The position numbers and the translations under genes are program-made. 59,887 nt of DNA from Alphaproteobacteria bacterium (GTDB lineage Bacteria > Pseudomonadota > Alphaproteobacteria > GCA-2731375). The notes under the pieces were generated by a model, which had not been told where the DNA came from, searched no databases, and saw only the letters and a program-made list of their open reading frames with translations. Below, in pieces: positions 1 to 8,938 of this stretch (position 1 is the first letter of the stretch; every line of letters starts with the position of its first letter). The stretch is from the NCBI GenBank assembly GCA_016869175.1, contig VGEV01000003.1, forward strand, positions 1-59,887, read 5' to 3'.

Positions 1-1
1 G

Positions 2-571
2 CTGCGCCGGGCCAGCGAGCGGGGCCACGCACGGGCACAAGTTCATCTGGCAATGGCACTGGCTTCTGGGCGCGGCGTGCCGCCCGATCCGGTCGAGGCG
101 GCCAGCTGGTTCCGCCGCGCGGCGGAAGCCGGCGAGCGACTGGCGCAGACCCGGTTGGGGTTGCTGCTGGAGCAGGGCCAGGGGGTTGCCGCCGACCCGG
201 CCGAGGCGGCCCGCTGGTTCGCCAAGGCCGCCGAGGCCGGGGACTCGCTGGCGCAGTTCGGATTGGCCCTGCTGCTGGATGCGGGCCGCGGCGTGCCGCG
301 CGACCGGTCGGGTGCGCTGCACTGGTATCGGCGCTCGGCGGCCCAAGGCCGACCTGAAGCGCAATTCAACCTTGCCGACTACCATCGCCAAGGCATCGCC
401 ACGCCCGCCGACCCGATCGAAGCCTATGCCTGGCTGTGGCGTGCGGCGGCGCAAGGCTTCGAACCGGCGCGCGACAACCTGCGGGCTCTTGCCCGCGAGC
501 TGGGCGCCGAACAGCGCGCCGAAGCCGAGCGCCGGGCGCGTGACTGGCAGCCCCGGCCGGAGCAGCCCTAA
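2..571 (+). CDS. Sel1-like repeat (SLR/TPR) protein, 5'-truncated by window edge
   Basis: Frame is open from position 2 (LRRASERGHARAQVHLAM...). Four ~36-aa repeats of the type AQxxLGxxxxxGxGVxxDxxxAxxWfxxAAxxG. Confidence 0.92.
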   Translation: MRRASERGHARAQVHLAMALASGRGVPPDPVEAASWFRRAAEAGERLAQTRLGLLLEQGQGVAADPAEAARWFAKAAEAGDSLAQFGLALLLDAGRGVPRDRSGALHWYRRSAAQGRPEAQFNLADYHRQGIATPADPIEAYAWLWRAAAQGFEPARDNLRALARELGAEQRAEAERRARDWQPRPEQP

Positions 572-590
572 GACGACGGTTGAGCGTGCG

Positions 591-620
591 CTCGACTGGG
601 CTTATGAGGCGGTCCTATAG
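591..620 (+). promoter_or_regulatory. Candidate sigma70-type promoter for amtB-glnK
   Basis: CTCGAC-N18-CTATAG resembles the alphaproteobacterial CTTGAC-N17/18-CTATAT consensus and lies 43 nt upstream of the amtB ATG. Confidence 0.35.
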
Positions 621-663
621 GCCAACAGAGAGACGCCGCGCGGCACGGCGGACGGGGAGAGGC

Positions 664-1962
664 ATGCGAACTCGGGAGCTTTGGCTGACCGTATTGCTGG
701 CCGCGGCGGCGGACCCAGCCTGGGCGGCGGACGCGGCGGCGCTGAACGGCGCCGATACGGCCTGGCTGCTGACAGCCACCGCGCTGGTGCTGTTCATGAC
801 CATGCCGGGATTGGCGCTGTTCTATGGCGGCCTGGTGCGCATGCGACATGTCCTGTCCGTGCTGATGCATTGCCTGGCGATCGCCAGCGTGGTCAGCCTG
901 GCATGGCTCGCGGTCGGCTACAGCCTCGCCTTCACCGCAGACCAGAGCGGGCTTGGGCTGATCGGCGGCCTGGAGCGCGCCTTCCTGTCCGAGGTCGCGC
1001 GCGACACGCTGAAGGGGACGGTGCCGGAAAGCCTGTTCTTCATGTTCCAGCTGACCTTCGCCGTGATCACGCCGGCGCTGATCGTGGGCGCCTATCCCGA
1101 GCGGATCCGGTTTTCGGCGGTGCTAGTTGTCAGCCTGCTGTGGCTGCTTGTCGTCTACGTACCGGTCTGCCACTGGGTTTGGGGCGGCGGCTGGCTTGCC
1201 AAGCTGGGGGTGATAGATTTCGCCGGCGGCATCGTGGTGCATACCACGGCTGGCGTCTCGGCCCTGGTGCTGGCGGGCCTGCTGGGGCCGCGCCGCGGCT
1301 TTCCCCGCGAAGTGCGACCGCCGCACAGCCCGGGCCTGACGGTGCTGGGGGCCGGCATGCTGTGGGTCGGCTGGTTTGGCTTCAACGGTGGCAGCGCGCT
1401 GACGGCCGATGGCAATGCCGCCATGGCGATCACGGTGACGCATATCGCCGCCTCGGCCGGCGCCATCGCCTGGGCGGCGATGGAATGGCTGCGGTTCGGC
1501 CGGCCGAGCGTGGTTGGCACGGCGACCGGCCTGATCGCCGGATTGGCCACCATCACGCCGGCCGCCGGCGCGGTCGGTCCTGCGGCCGCCATTGCGATCG
1601 GCCTGCTGGCCGGCTTGCTCTGCCAGGTCATGACCACGCTGGTGAAACAGCAATGGCGGATCGACGACACGCTGGACGTGTTCGCGGTGCACGGCGTGGG
1701 CGGGATCCTGGGCAGCCTGCTGACGGGTCTGTTCGCCGCTCTCGTTTTGGGCGGCGTCGGTTACGCCGAAGGCCAGAACATGTTGGGACAACTGGGCGTG
1801 CAGGCCCTGGGCGTAGGAGTTGTGGCTCTCTGGTCCGCGCTCGCGACGTTTTTCTGCGCCAAGGCGGCGGCGGCCCTGGGCGGGCTGCGCGCACCGGAGG
1901 AGGCGGAGATCGAGGGTCTCGACCTCGTGGCCCACGGCGAACGCGGCTACGATCTGCGCTAG
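664..1962 (+). CDS. amtB: Ammonium transporter AmtB
   Basis: Signal peptide-like N-terminus; motifs FMTMPGLALFYGG, FQLTFAVIT, DFAGGIVVH, LWVGWFGFNGGS and DDTLDVFAVHG (twin His intact); C-terminal GLD..HGE.GY. RBS GGAGAGG precedes ATG 664. Confidence 0.96.
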   Translation: MRTRELWLTVLLAAAADPAWAADAAALNGADTAWLLTATALVLFMTMPGLALFYGGLVRMRHVLSVLMHCLAIASVVSLAWLAVGYSLAFTADQSGLGLIGGLERAFLSEVARDTLKGTVPESLFFMFQLTFAVITPALIVGAYPERIRFSAVLVVSLLWLLVVYVPVCHWVWGGGWLAKLGVIDFAGGIVVHTTAGVSALVLAGLLGPRRGFPREVRPPHSPGLTVLGAGMLWVGWFGFNGGSALTADGNAAMAITVTHIAASAGAIAWAAMEWLRFGRPSVVGTATGLIAGLATITPAAGAVGPAAAIAIGLLAGLLCQVMTTLVKQQWRIDDTLDVFAVHGVGGILGSLLTGLFAALVLGGVGYAEGQNMLGQLGVQALGVGVVALWSALATFFCAKAAAALGGLRAPEEAEIEGLDLVAHGERGYDLR

Positions 1963-1986
1963 CGTGATGGCAACGGGAGCGGAAGC

Positions 1987-2325
1987 ATGAAACTGCTGAT
2001 GGCGGTGATCAAGCCGCACCGGCTGGACGCCGTGCGCGATGCCCTGACGGCCATTGGCGTGCAGGGCCTGACCGTGACCGAGGTCAAGGGCTATGGCCGC
2101 CAGCGCGGCCATACCGAGGTCTATCGGGGCGCCGAATATGTCGTCAACTTCGTGCCCAAGGTGAAGATCGAGATCGCGCTCAGCGACGAACTGGCGGAGC
2201 GCGCTGTCGAGGCGGTGCAAGCCGCCGCCCGCACCGGGCAGATCGGCGATGGCAAGATTTTCGTCTACGAGCTTGACCGCGCGGTGCGCATCCGCACCGG
2301 CGAAACCGACGCCGAGGCACTCTAG
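1987..2325 (+). CDS. glnK: P-II nitrogen regulatory protein (GlnK-type by amtB linkage)
   Basis: 112 aa; T-loop GRQRGHTEVYRGAEY with Tyr51; K58; B-loop TGQIGDGKIF; C-terminal RIRTGE. Confidence 0.93.
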   Translation: MKLLMAVIKPHRLDAVRDALTAIGVQGLTVTEVKGYGRQRGHTEVYRGAEYVVNFVPKVKIEIALSDELAERAVEAVQAAARTGQIGDGKIFVYELDRAVRIRTGETDAEAL

Positions 2326-2351
2326 CCGCCGGCCGGACCACGGAGCGCGAA

Positions 2352-3026
2352 ATGGCTTGGCTGTTGCTTGCCACGGCATTCTTCGTCGGCATTCACCTGC
2401 TGGTCGCCGGCACGCGGTTGCGCGATCGGCTGGTCGCGAATTTGGGCGAGGGTGCCTACCGGGGCCTGTTCTCACTTGCGTCGATCCTGGGCCTGGGGGC
2501 GATGGTCTGGAGCTACAACCGCGCGCCCTTCCTGCCGGTCTGGGATCTGGGGCCGGGTGCGCGGCATGCCGCGGCGCTGCTGCTGCTGCTGGGTTTCCTG
2601 CTGGCGGTGCCTGGGCTGACCACGCGCAACCCGACCGCGGTCGGTGCGGACAACGCGCTTCTCCGACCGCCGGCCGGCATCGTTGCGGTCACCCGACATC
2701 CTTTCCTTTGGGCCGTTCTGCTCTGGGCGGTGGGACATCTGTTGGCGAACGGTGATGCCGCTTCGATCGCGTTTTTCGGCGGCTTCCTGGTGCTCGCCCT
2801 GTTCGGGCCGTTCAGCATCGATGCCAAGAAGGCACGGCTGCGGCCGGACACTTGGCCGGCCTTCGTTGCTGCGACGTCCTGGCTGCCGTTCCAGGCCATT
2901 GCGCAAGGCCGGGCCCGGCTTGACTGGCGCGAGCTTGGCTGGTGGCGGCCGACGCTCGGCCTGCTGGCCTATCTCGCTTTCGTCTTCTACCTGCACGAAG
3001 CGTTGTTCGGCTTGCGGCCGATCTAG
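2352..3026 (+). CDS. NnrU family membrane protein
   Basis: Hydrophobic 224 aa with FVGIH, YRGLFSL, TRHPFLW, GHLLANGD and TSWLPF motifs typical of NnrU. Confidence 0.85.
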   Translation: MAWLLLATAFFVGIHLLVAGTRLRDRLVANLGEGAYRGLFSLASILGLGAMVWSYNRAPFLPVWDLGPGARHAAALLLLLGFLLAVPGLTTRNPTAVGADNALLRPPAGIVAVTRHPFLWAVLLWAVGHLLANGDAASIAFFGGFLVLALFGPFSIDAKKARLRPDTWPAFVAATSWLPFQAIAQGRARLDWRELGWWRPTLGLLAYLAFVFYLHEALFGLRPI

Positions 3027-3039
3027 CGGAATTCGTCCC

Positions 3040-3080
3040 TTGACTGGACAAGGGGCGGGCGATATTTAACGTTATGGTTA
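3040..3080 (+). promoter_or_regulatory. Promoter plus inverted-repeat operator overlapping the ArsR start codon
   Basis: TTGACT(3040-3045)-N17-TATTTA(3063-3068). Inverted repeat TAAC-N6-GTTA (3067-3080) spans ATG 3074. AT-rich island in GC-rich DNA; no SD sequence. Confidence 0.6.
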
Positions 3081-3427
3081 GATATCAGCAGCCGCTCGAC
3101 CGCACCTTCATCGCGCTCGCCGATCCGACCCGACGCGCCATCCTGGCGCGGTTGAGCCTGGGCCAGGCAACCGTGGGCGAGCTGGCGGCGCCATTCGCCA
3201 TGTCCTGGCCCGCGGTGACCAAGCATCTCGACGTGCTGGAGGGTGCGCGACTGATCGAACGCGAGCGGCGCGGGCGAGAGCGGCTTTGCCGGCTGCGACC
3301 GGTGGCATTGCGCGAGGCGGATGCCTGGCTGGAACCGTTCCGGCAGTTCTGGCAGGACGCGTTCGACAACCTGGCAAGGCATTTGGCGCAACCGAGCGGG
3401 GCGACCGAGGAGAGCGAGCATGGCTGA
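3074..3427 (+). CDS. ArsR/SmtB family transcriptional regulator
   Basis: ALADPTRRAIL...VGELAAPFAMSWPAVTKHLDVLEGARLI winged HTH. Confidence 0.93.
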   Translation: MVRYQQPLDRTFIALADPTRRAILARLSLGQATVGELAAPFAMSWPAVTKHLDVLEGARLIERERRGRERLCRLRPVALREADAWLEPFRQFWQDAFDNLARHLAQPSGATEESEHG

Positions 3428-3899
3428 AACCTCGGCGGTGCAGCCTGCATTGCTGCGTCTTGCCCGGCTGTTTCCGGTGAGCACCGATCGGCTTTTCCAG
3501 GCCCTGATGAACGAGGCCGAAGTGGCTGCCTGGCTGCACCCGGCCGGCATGACCTGCGCCGAGTGCCGTTGGCCGGCGCGGGTTGGCACGAATTGGCGCC
3601 TGGTGCTGGTCAACAGTGACGGCAGGCGCTTCCCGGTCGGCGGCCGATTCCTGGAGATCGTGCCCAGCCGACTCGTGCGCCTGACCTGGATTTGGGAAGA
3701 GCACGATTATGCCGGCATCGAGACGATCGCGACGCTGAGCGTCGAGCCGAAAGCCGAGGGCACTCTGCTGACCTTGGAACAGCAGGGACTGCCCGACGAG
3801 AAAGCCCGGCGCGCGCATGCGCAAGGCTTCGGCGCGTCGCTGGACAACCTGTCGCAACACGTGCGGTCGACCACGAGCAGGGAAGGAGCCAAGGCGTGA
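3420..3899 (+). CDS. SRPBCC (AHSA1/START-like) domain protein
   Basis: Overlaps the ArsR stop; RLFPVSTDRLFQA, GRFLEIVPSRLVRLTW and C-terminal HAQGFGASLDNL helix. Confidence 0.85.
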   Translation: MAETSAVQPALLRLARLFPVSTDRLFQALMNEAEVAAWLHPAGMTCAECRWPARVGTNWRLVLVNSDGRRFPVGGRFLEIVPSRLVRLTWIWEEHDYAGIETIATLSVEPKAEGTLLTLEQQGLPDEKARRAHAQGFGASLDNLSQHVRSTTSREGAKA

Positions 3900-4534
3900 A
3901 CGAGCTGGTGATCTATGGCAGCCCGCTGTCGAGCTATGTGCGGACGGTCCGCCTGGCCGCGCACGAGAAGGGCGTCACCTACACGTTGAGGGAGGTCAAT
4001 TGGCGCAAGCCCGAATACCGCGACCTGCATCCCTTCAACAAGATGCCGGCGATGAGCCACGGCGAGTTCAAGCTCTACGAGGCGCAGGCCATCGCCCACT
4101 ACCTCGACGAGGCGTTTCCAGGCCCCTCGTTGCAGCCGGCCGACGTGAAGGCGCGGGCGCGCATGGAACAGTGGATCAGCGCGATCAACGCCTACCTGTT
4201 CCCCACGCTGGTGATGGGGCTCATCTTCCAGCGCATCATCGGCCCGCTGTCGGGCAAGCTGCCGGACGAAGCGGCCATCAAGGCGATGCTGCCGGAAGCC
4301 GAGCGGCAGATCGACCTGGTGGAGCGCGCGCTGGCCGAAGGTGGCTGGCTGGCCGGCTCCAGCATGAGCCTGGCCGACCTGTTCCTGATGCCGGTCTTCT
4401 ACTATCTCAACCAGACGCCCGAGGGTCGGCCGCTGTTGCAGGCCCGCCCGAACATCCAGGCGACGGGCCGCAAGGTGGAGGCGCTGGCGAGCTTCCAGGC
4501 GACCATGCCACCCATGCCGAAAGCCGCCGAATAG
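3896..4534 (+). CDS. Glutathione S-transferase family protein
   Basis: GTG start overlaps the upstream TGA; SSYVRTVR, HPFNKMP, LYEAQAIAHYL and SLADL motifs. Confidence 0.92.
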   Translation: MNELVIYGSPLSSYVRTVRLAAHEKGVTYTLREVNWRKPEYRDLHPFNKMPAMSHGEFKLYEAQAIAHYLDEAFPGPSLQPADVKARARMEQWISAINAYLFPTLVMGLIFQRIIGPLSGKLPDEAAIKAMLPEAERQIDLVERALAEGGWLAGSSMSLADLFLMPVFYYLNQTPEGRPLLQARPNIQATGRKVEALASFQATMPPMPKAAE

Positions 4535-4540
4535 GATCGC

Positions 4541-6016
4541 TCAGCAAAACCAAGTGCGATAGGCCCGCTCCGACAGGCGGTATTCCAGGATGCGGTGATT
4601 GTTGGTGTCGCTGACCAGGAGCCGCCCGCCCGCCGCGGCGATGCCGGCCGGCTCGGCCAGCGGCAGGCAGAGCGCGTCCTCGCACAGGAACCCCTCGTCT
4701 AGGTCGCCGACGCTGCGCTGCGCCAGATCGACCCAGCGCAGCCTGGCATTGTAGCTGTCGGCGACGACCAGGCCGCCGTCGCGCCAGGCAAGACCCAACG
4801 GATGTTGCAGGCGGGCCTGCGGGAACGGCCCGTTGACATGGCCGAACTCGAACAGCCCGGCCCCCACCAGCGTGCCCACCCGCGGCCGCTCTTCCAGCGT
4901 CGCCAGGCGCAAGGACGAGGTCTCGCTGTCGACGAAGAACACCGCGTCCCGCGCCGGCGATAGCGCCAAGCCGCTGGGCTGCGCCAGCCTCGCCCGGGCC
5001 GCGTGTCCGTCGACGATGTCCTCGCCGCCGTCGCCCGCCAGCCGCGCCAGCAGGCCGCTCGTCAATTCGATCTGGCCAAGCTGGTGCGTCCCGGCATTGG
5101 CGAACAGCAGCCGGTCGCCCGCCAGTGCCAGATCCCAGGGCGAGGCGAGCGCGGCGTCGCGTGCGTCCTCCCAGCCCAGCAGCGCCCGCCCGCGTTGCCC
5201 GGCGCCAGCCAGCGTGGTGACCGTGCCGGCCGTCAGATCGACCGCGCGAATGGCATGGTTGCCGGTATCCGCGACGAACAGCCGGTCCGCCCCGGCCTCC
5301 AGGCCCTGTGGACTGTTGAAGCAGGCGGCCGCAATCCCGCCATCGGCGAAGCCGGGCCGGCCGCTGCCCAGACGCAGCAGTTCGCGGCCCTGGTCGGACA
5401 CCACCGCCACCTGGTGGTGGCCGGCATCGGCAATGGCCCAAGCGGGCTGGCCGCGAAACGACAGCGGCTTGATCTTGCCGGGAAACGACAGCCGACCGTG
5501 GACCGGCGCCGGCGCGGTGAGTTCGATGGCTGCTGGGCGCAAATGCCCGCCTCGCCGCGCTTCCTCCAGCAGGCGGCGCAGCGTCTGTATCAGGCGCGCG
5601 GCGTCGGGCTCGCCCGAACTCTGGCCGATCACATAGCCATCCGGCGAAACGATCACCAGCGTCGGCCAGACCTTTACCGCATAGTCGCGCCATACCTGCA
5701 TCTCGGGATCGTGCAGCACCGGATGGCCGATGTCGTAGCGGGCGATCGCCTGGCGGACGTTGCCGGCATCCTTCTCGGCGGCGAATTTCGGCGAGTGCAC
5801 GCCGATCACCGCCACCTCGGTCGGGAACGCCTCCTCCACCTGGCGCAAAGTCGCCAGCACGTGCAGGCAGTTGATGCAGCAGAAGGTCCAGAAGTCGAGC
5901 AGCACCAGCCGGCCCGCCAGCGCCTTCAGGCTCAGCGGTTCAGCGACATTGAGCCATTCGGTACCCGGCCGGGCAAGCTCCGGCGCCCGCACCGGTGCCG
6001 GCGCTGGTTCGCTCAA
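4541..6016 (-). CDS. Thioredoxin-like + NHL-repeat beta-propeller protein (NHLRC2-like)
   Basis: TTG start overlaps the upstream TGA; LLDFWTFCCINCLH, GVHSPKF and WPT motifs, followed by NHL repeats (FPGK, IADAGHHQ, FNSPQG, VADTGNHAIR, QPSGL, LQHPLG, VADSYN, SDTNNHRI). Confidence 0.88.
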   Translation of the reverse strand: MSEPAPAPVRAPELARPGTEWLNVAEPLSLKALAGRLVLLDFWTFCCINCLHVLATLRQVEEAFPTEVAVIGVHSPKFAAEKDAGNVRQAIARYDIGHPVLHDPEMQVWRDYAVKVWPTLVIVSPDGYVIGQSSGEPDAARLIQTLRRLLEEARRGGHLRPAAIELTAPAPVHGRLSFPGKIKPLSFRGQPAWAIADAGHHQVAVVSDQGRELLRLGSGRPGFADGGIAAACFNSPQGLEAGADRLFVADTGNHAIRAVDLTAGTVTTLAGAGQRGRALLGWEDARDAALASPWDLALAGDRLLFANAGTHQLGQIELTSGLLARLAGDGGEDIVDGHAARARLAQPSGLALSPARDAVFFVDSETSSLRLATLEERPRVGTLVGAGLFEFGHVNGPFPQARLQHPLGLAWRDGGLVVADSYNARLRWVDLAQRSVGDLDEGFLCEDALCLPLAEPAGIAAAGGRLLVSDTNNHRILEYRLSERAYRTWFC

Positions 6017-7170
6017 TTGCGCAGGCGCGGACTGACCGGGGCGAAGTCGGCCAGGGCCTGGAACAACCGGTCGACGTCGCCGCGCGTGTTGTAGACATGC
6101 GGCGTCACGCGCAAGGCATCGCCCCGTTGGCTGACATGCACGCCGCGTTCGGCCAGCTTCGCGGCGGCGCCGTGCGGCAGGCCGCCCGGAAATCGCAGAC
6201 CGATATAGTGCGCCGCGCGGTAGCGCGCGGGATGGGAACGCAGCCCCATGGCGGCGCCGCGCTCGGCGATTTCCTCGGTCAGCGGGCGCAGCGTCCGGGC
6301 GATGTTGTCGATGCCCCAGTCCAGCAGTTGGCTGAGGCCGGCGCTGGCCACCGGCAACAGCGCGAAATTGGCGCATTCGCCGACATCGAAGCGCCGGGCC
6401 TCCACGGCAAAGGGCAGTTTGCGGCCGACCAGCCGCTCGAACGCCGGATCGACCGAGCGGGAGTAGTAATTGTACTCGAGGGGGACATCGTTTCGCCGGC
6501 GCGGCGCGACATAGAGGAAGCCGACCGAGTAGGGACCGAACAACCACTTGTAGCCGGCGCAGACCGCGTAGTCGGGATCGACTGCCGCCAGATCGAATGG
6601 CCAGGCGCCCAGCGTCTGAGTCAGATCCAGCACCAGCGCCGCCCCCACCTCGCGCGTGCGCCGGGCGACCGCCACCAGGTCCACCAACGTGCCGTCGGTC
6701 CAATGGCATTGCGGCAGCGCGACGATGGCGGTGCCGGGGGTGATGGCGGCCAGGATGGCCGGCGTCCAGTTGCCGTCCTCTGGCCAGTCGACCACGGTGA
6801 AAACGGCGCCCACCGCCTTGGCCTTGATCCGCCAAGGTTCGATATTGGAGGGAAATTCGTTCGCCATCACCACCACCTGCTGGCCCGGCAGCAGCGGCAG
6901 GTTGTTGGCGGCGATGGCGATGCCGTAGCTGGCCGAGGGCACCAGTGCGATGTCCTCGGCCTGGGCGCCGAGCAACTGGCCGAACAGCGCCCGCGCCCGT
7001 TCCGGGCCGTCCAGGAAATCCTTGCCAACCACCTGCCAGGGCCGGAGCTTGCGATCGATGCCCTCGCGCCCCGCCGCCGCCGCCGTCTTCAGCAGCGGCG
7101 ACAGGTAGGCGCAGTTGAGATAGGCAACGTCCGCCGGCAGGTCGAACAGGTGTCGCTGGCTTTCCAGCAT
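6013..7170 (-). CDS. Class V PLP-dependent enzyme (C-S lyase/isopenicillin epimerase-like)
   Basis: YLNCAYLSP, EFPSN, LDLTQTLG and AGYKWLFGP (PLP Lys); C-terminal LRVTPHVYN; no NifS/SufS catalytic Cys loop. Confidence 0.85.
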   Translation of the reverse strand: MLESQRHLFDLPADVAYLNCAYLSPLLKTAAAAGREGIDRKLRPWQVVGKDFLDGPERARALFGQLLGAQAEDIALVPSASYGIAIAANNLPLLPGQQVVVMANEFPSNIEPWRIKAKAVGAVFTVVDWPEDGNWTPAILAAITPGTAIVALPQCHWTDGTLVDLVAVARRTREVGAALVLDLTQTLGAWPFDLAAVDPDYAVCAGYKWLFGPYSVGFLYVAPRRRNDVPLEYNYYSRSVDPAFERLVGRKLPFAVEARRFDVGECANFALLPVASAGLSQLLDWGIDNIARTLRPLTEEIAERGAAMGLRSHPARYRAAHYIGLRFPGGLPHGAAAKLAERGVHVSQRGDALRVTPHVYNTRGDVDRLFQALADFAPVSPRLRN

Positions 7171-7171
7171 G

Positions 7172-8131
7172 TCAGCCGCCCGCCGCCGCCATGCCGGCAT
7201 TGATCCGCCAGACCGGCTTCAGCCAGTTCTGATAGGCCGGAAGCTGGCCGCGCGTGCAGGCATCGTAGGCATCATAGAGCCGTTGGGTCAGCGGGCCGAC
7301 GCCGCCGTTGCCGACCTTCATGCCGTCGACGTTGACGACCGGCGTCACCTCGTAGCCGGAGCCGCAGAGAAAGATCTCGTCGGCCGCGTAGAGTTCGCTG
7401 CGGTCGATCTCGCGTTCCTGCACCTTCTTGCCCAGTTCCTTCTCGAACAGCGTGATCATGCTGGCGCGGGTGATGCTTTCCAGAATGCCGTCGGTCACCG
7501 GCGCGGTCATCGGCACGCCGTCGCGCACCATCATGATGCAGGCGCCGGCGCTCTCCGCCACCTTGCCCGAAGGGGTCAGCAGGATCGCCTCGTCATAGCC
7601 GTCGCCGCGCGCCTGCAAGGTGGCGAGGCGGCCGTTATGGTAATTGGCGGCGCACTTGATGCGCGGCGGCATGCTGGCATCGTCGATCCGGCGCCAGGAG
7701 CTGACTTGCGCCTTCACGGTCTTGTCAGCCAGGCTCTTCTCGTGCCGGTTGACCACCAAGCAGCCAAGCGCCACCGGCCCGCGGCTGTCCAGAAAGCCCT
7801 CGCCCAGCACGTAGGCCGACAGACGGATGTGGCTGTCGTTGCGCATCTCGTTCTTGGTCAGCACGTCGAGCAGGATCTTCTCCATCTCGTCGTTGCTGTA
7901 GGACTGTTCCAGCCGCATCACGCGCATCGAATATTGCAGGCGGTCGAGATGCTCCTTCAGGCGAAACACGTTGACCTCGCCCGACTTCTTGTTGCGGTAA
8001 GCGCAGATCCCCTCGAACACGGTGGCGCCATACTTCACCGCGCAGGACAGGATGTGCACCTTGGCCTCGCGTTCCGGCACCATCTTGCCGTCGAAGTAGA
8101 TGTAGCTGCCAGTGGCGGCGAATTTGACCAT
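7172..8131 (-). CDS. Fold-type IV PLP aminotransferase (branched-chain amino acid transaminase-like)
   Basis: YGATVFEG, HLDRL, IKCAANY (PLP Lys), AESAGAC, LESITR and EIFLCGS motifs. Confidence 0.9.
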   Translation of the reverse strand: MVKFAATGSYIYFDGKMVPEREAKVHILSCAVKYGATVFEGICAYRNKKSGEVNVFRLKEHLDRLQYSMRVMRLEQSYSNDEMEKILLDVLTKNEMRNDSHIRLSAYVLGEGFLDSRGPVALGCLVVNRHEKSLADKTVKAQVSSWRRIDDASMPPRIKCAANYHNGRLATLQARGDGYDEAILLTPSGKVAESAGACIMMVRDGVPMTAPVTDGILESITRASMITLFEKELGKKVQEREIDRSELYAADEIFLCGSGYEVTPVVNVDGMKVGNGGVGPLTQRLYDAYDACTRGQLPAYQNWLKPVWRINAGMAAAGG

Positions 8132-8158
8132 CGGGTTCCTCCGTCGGTTCGGTCTTGC

Positions 8159-8905
8159 TCAGTGATTTTCCAGTAGCGGGCCGAAGCCATGCACCTTGTC
8201 GGCGATACCGTGCGCGCGCAGCGCGTGCCAATAGGTGGCCGTGTTGATCGCCATGACCGGCTTGCCGAACCAGCGCTCGGCCTCCACCGCCAGGCGCACC
8301 ATCGACAGGTTGGTGCCGACTTGCACGATCGCTTCCACCTTGTCGTCGTTGAGGCTGATCAGGTGCCGGCGCAGCGCGTCCTCCTGCACCTCGGCGATGT
8401 TGGTGGGCGAGGTGCAGCGCAGGCCAAGGAACTTCACCACATCAAAGCCGCAATCCTGGAAGAACTGGGTGACGTTCTTGTCGGAGATCGGCTGGTAGGG
8501 CGAGACCACCGCGATGCGCTTGACCCGGTAGAGATTGAGCGCGGCTTCCAGCGCGAACGACCCGGCCGAGACCCTGACCCCGCAATGCCGCTCCAGCGCC
8601 TGGCGGCGCTCCTCGGATGCCGCGCGGCCGCCCCAGAACATCAGCGCCGACATGCCCATGATCAGGTAGTCGGGCTCGCAGGTCATGCAGCGGTCGACGG
8701 CATGGTACAGTTCGCCCTCGATCACCTTGACGAGGCTGACGAACGTCTCGTCGTCGCGGATCGGCATGTTCGGCACATGGATGCGGCCATAATGGTTGGT
8801 CACCCCGGGCGGCCGCATGTCGTCCATGTCCGGCTGCACGATGGTATTGGTCGACGGCGCCACCACCGCGAATTTCGCCCGCCAGCCCAAGGCATCCTTC
8901 GCCAT
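8159..8905 (-). CDS. Maleate isomerase/arylmalonate decarboxylase (Asp/Glu racemase superfamily)-like protein
   Basis: PSTNTIVQ, RIAVVSPY, VGTNL and KPVMAINTATYW motifs. Confidence 0.85.
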   Translation of the reverse strand: MAKDALGWRAKFAVVAPSTNTIVQPDMDDMRPPGVTNHYGRIHVPNMPIRDDETFVSLVKVIEGELYHAVDRCMTCEPDYLIMGMSALMFWGGRAASEERRQALERHCGVRVSAGSFALEAALNLYRVKRIAVVSPYQPISDKNVTQFFQDCGFDVVKFLGLRCTSPTNIAEVQEDALRRHLISLNDDKVEAIVQVGTNLSMVRLAVEAERWFGKPVMAINTATYWHALRAHGIADKVHGFGPLLENH

Positions 8906-8938
8906 CGCTTCCTCTTGCTCGTCCTTGGTCCTCGGGGT

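Noticed and set aside
4541-6835. 764-aa version of the Trx-NHL protein from the ORF track
   Set aside because: The first ~270 codons overlap the class V PLP gene in another frame and look like shadow sequence. The TTG at 6016 coupled to the upstream stop is the better start.
6013-7170. Cysteine desulfurase/selenocysteine lyase (NifS/SufS) call
   Set aside because: No SSGSAC or RxGHHC catalytic Cys loop in the C-terminal region.
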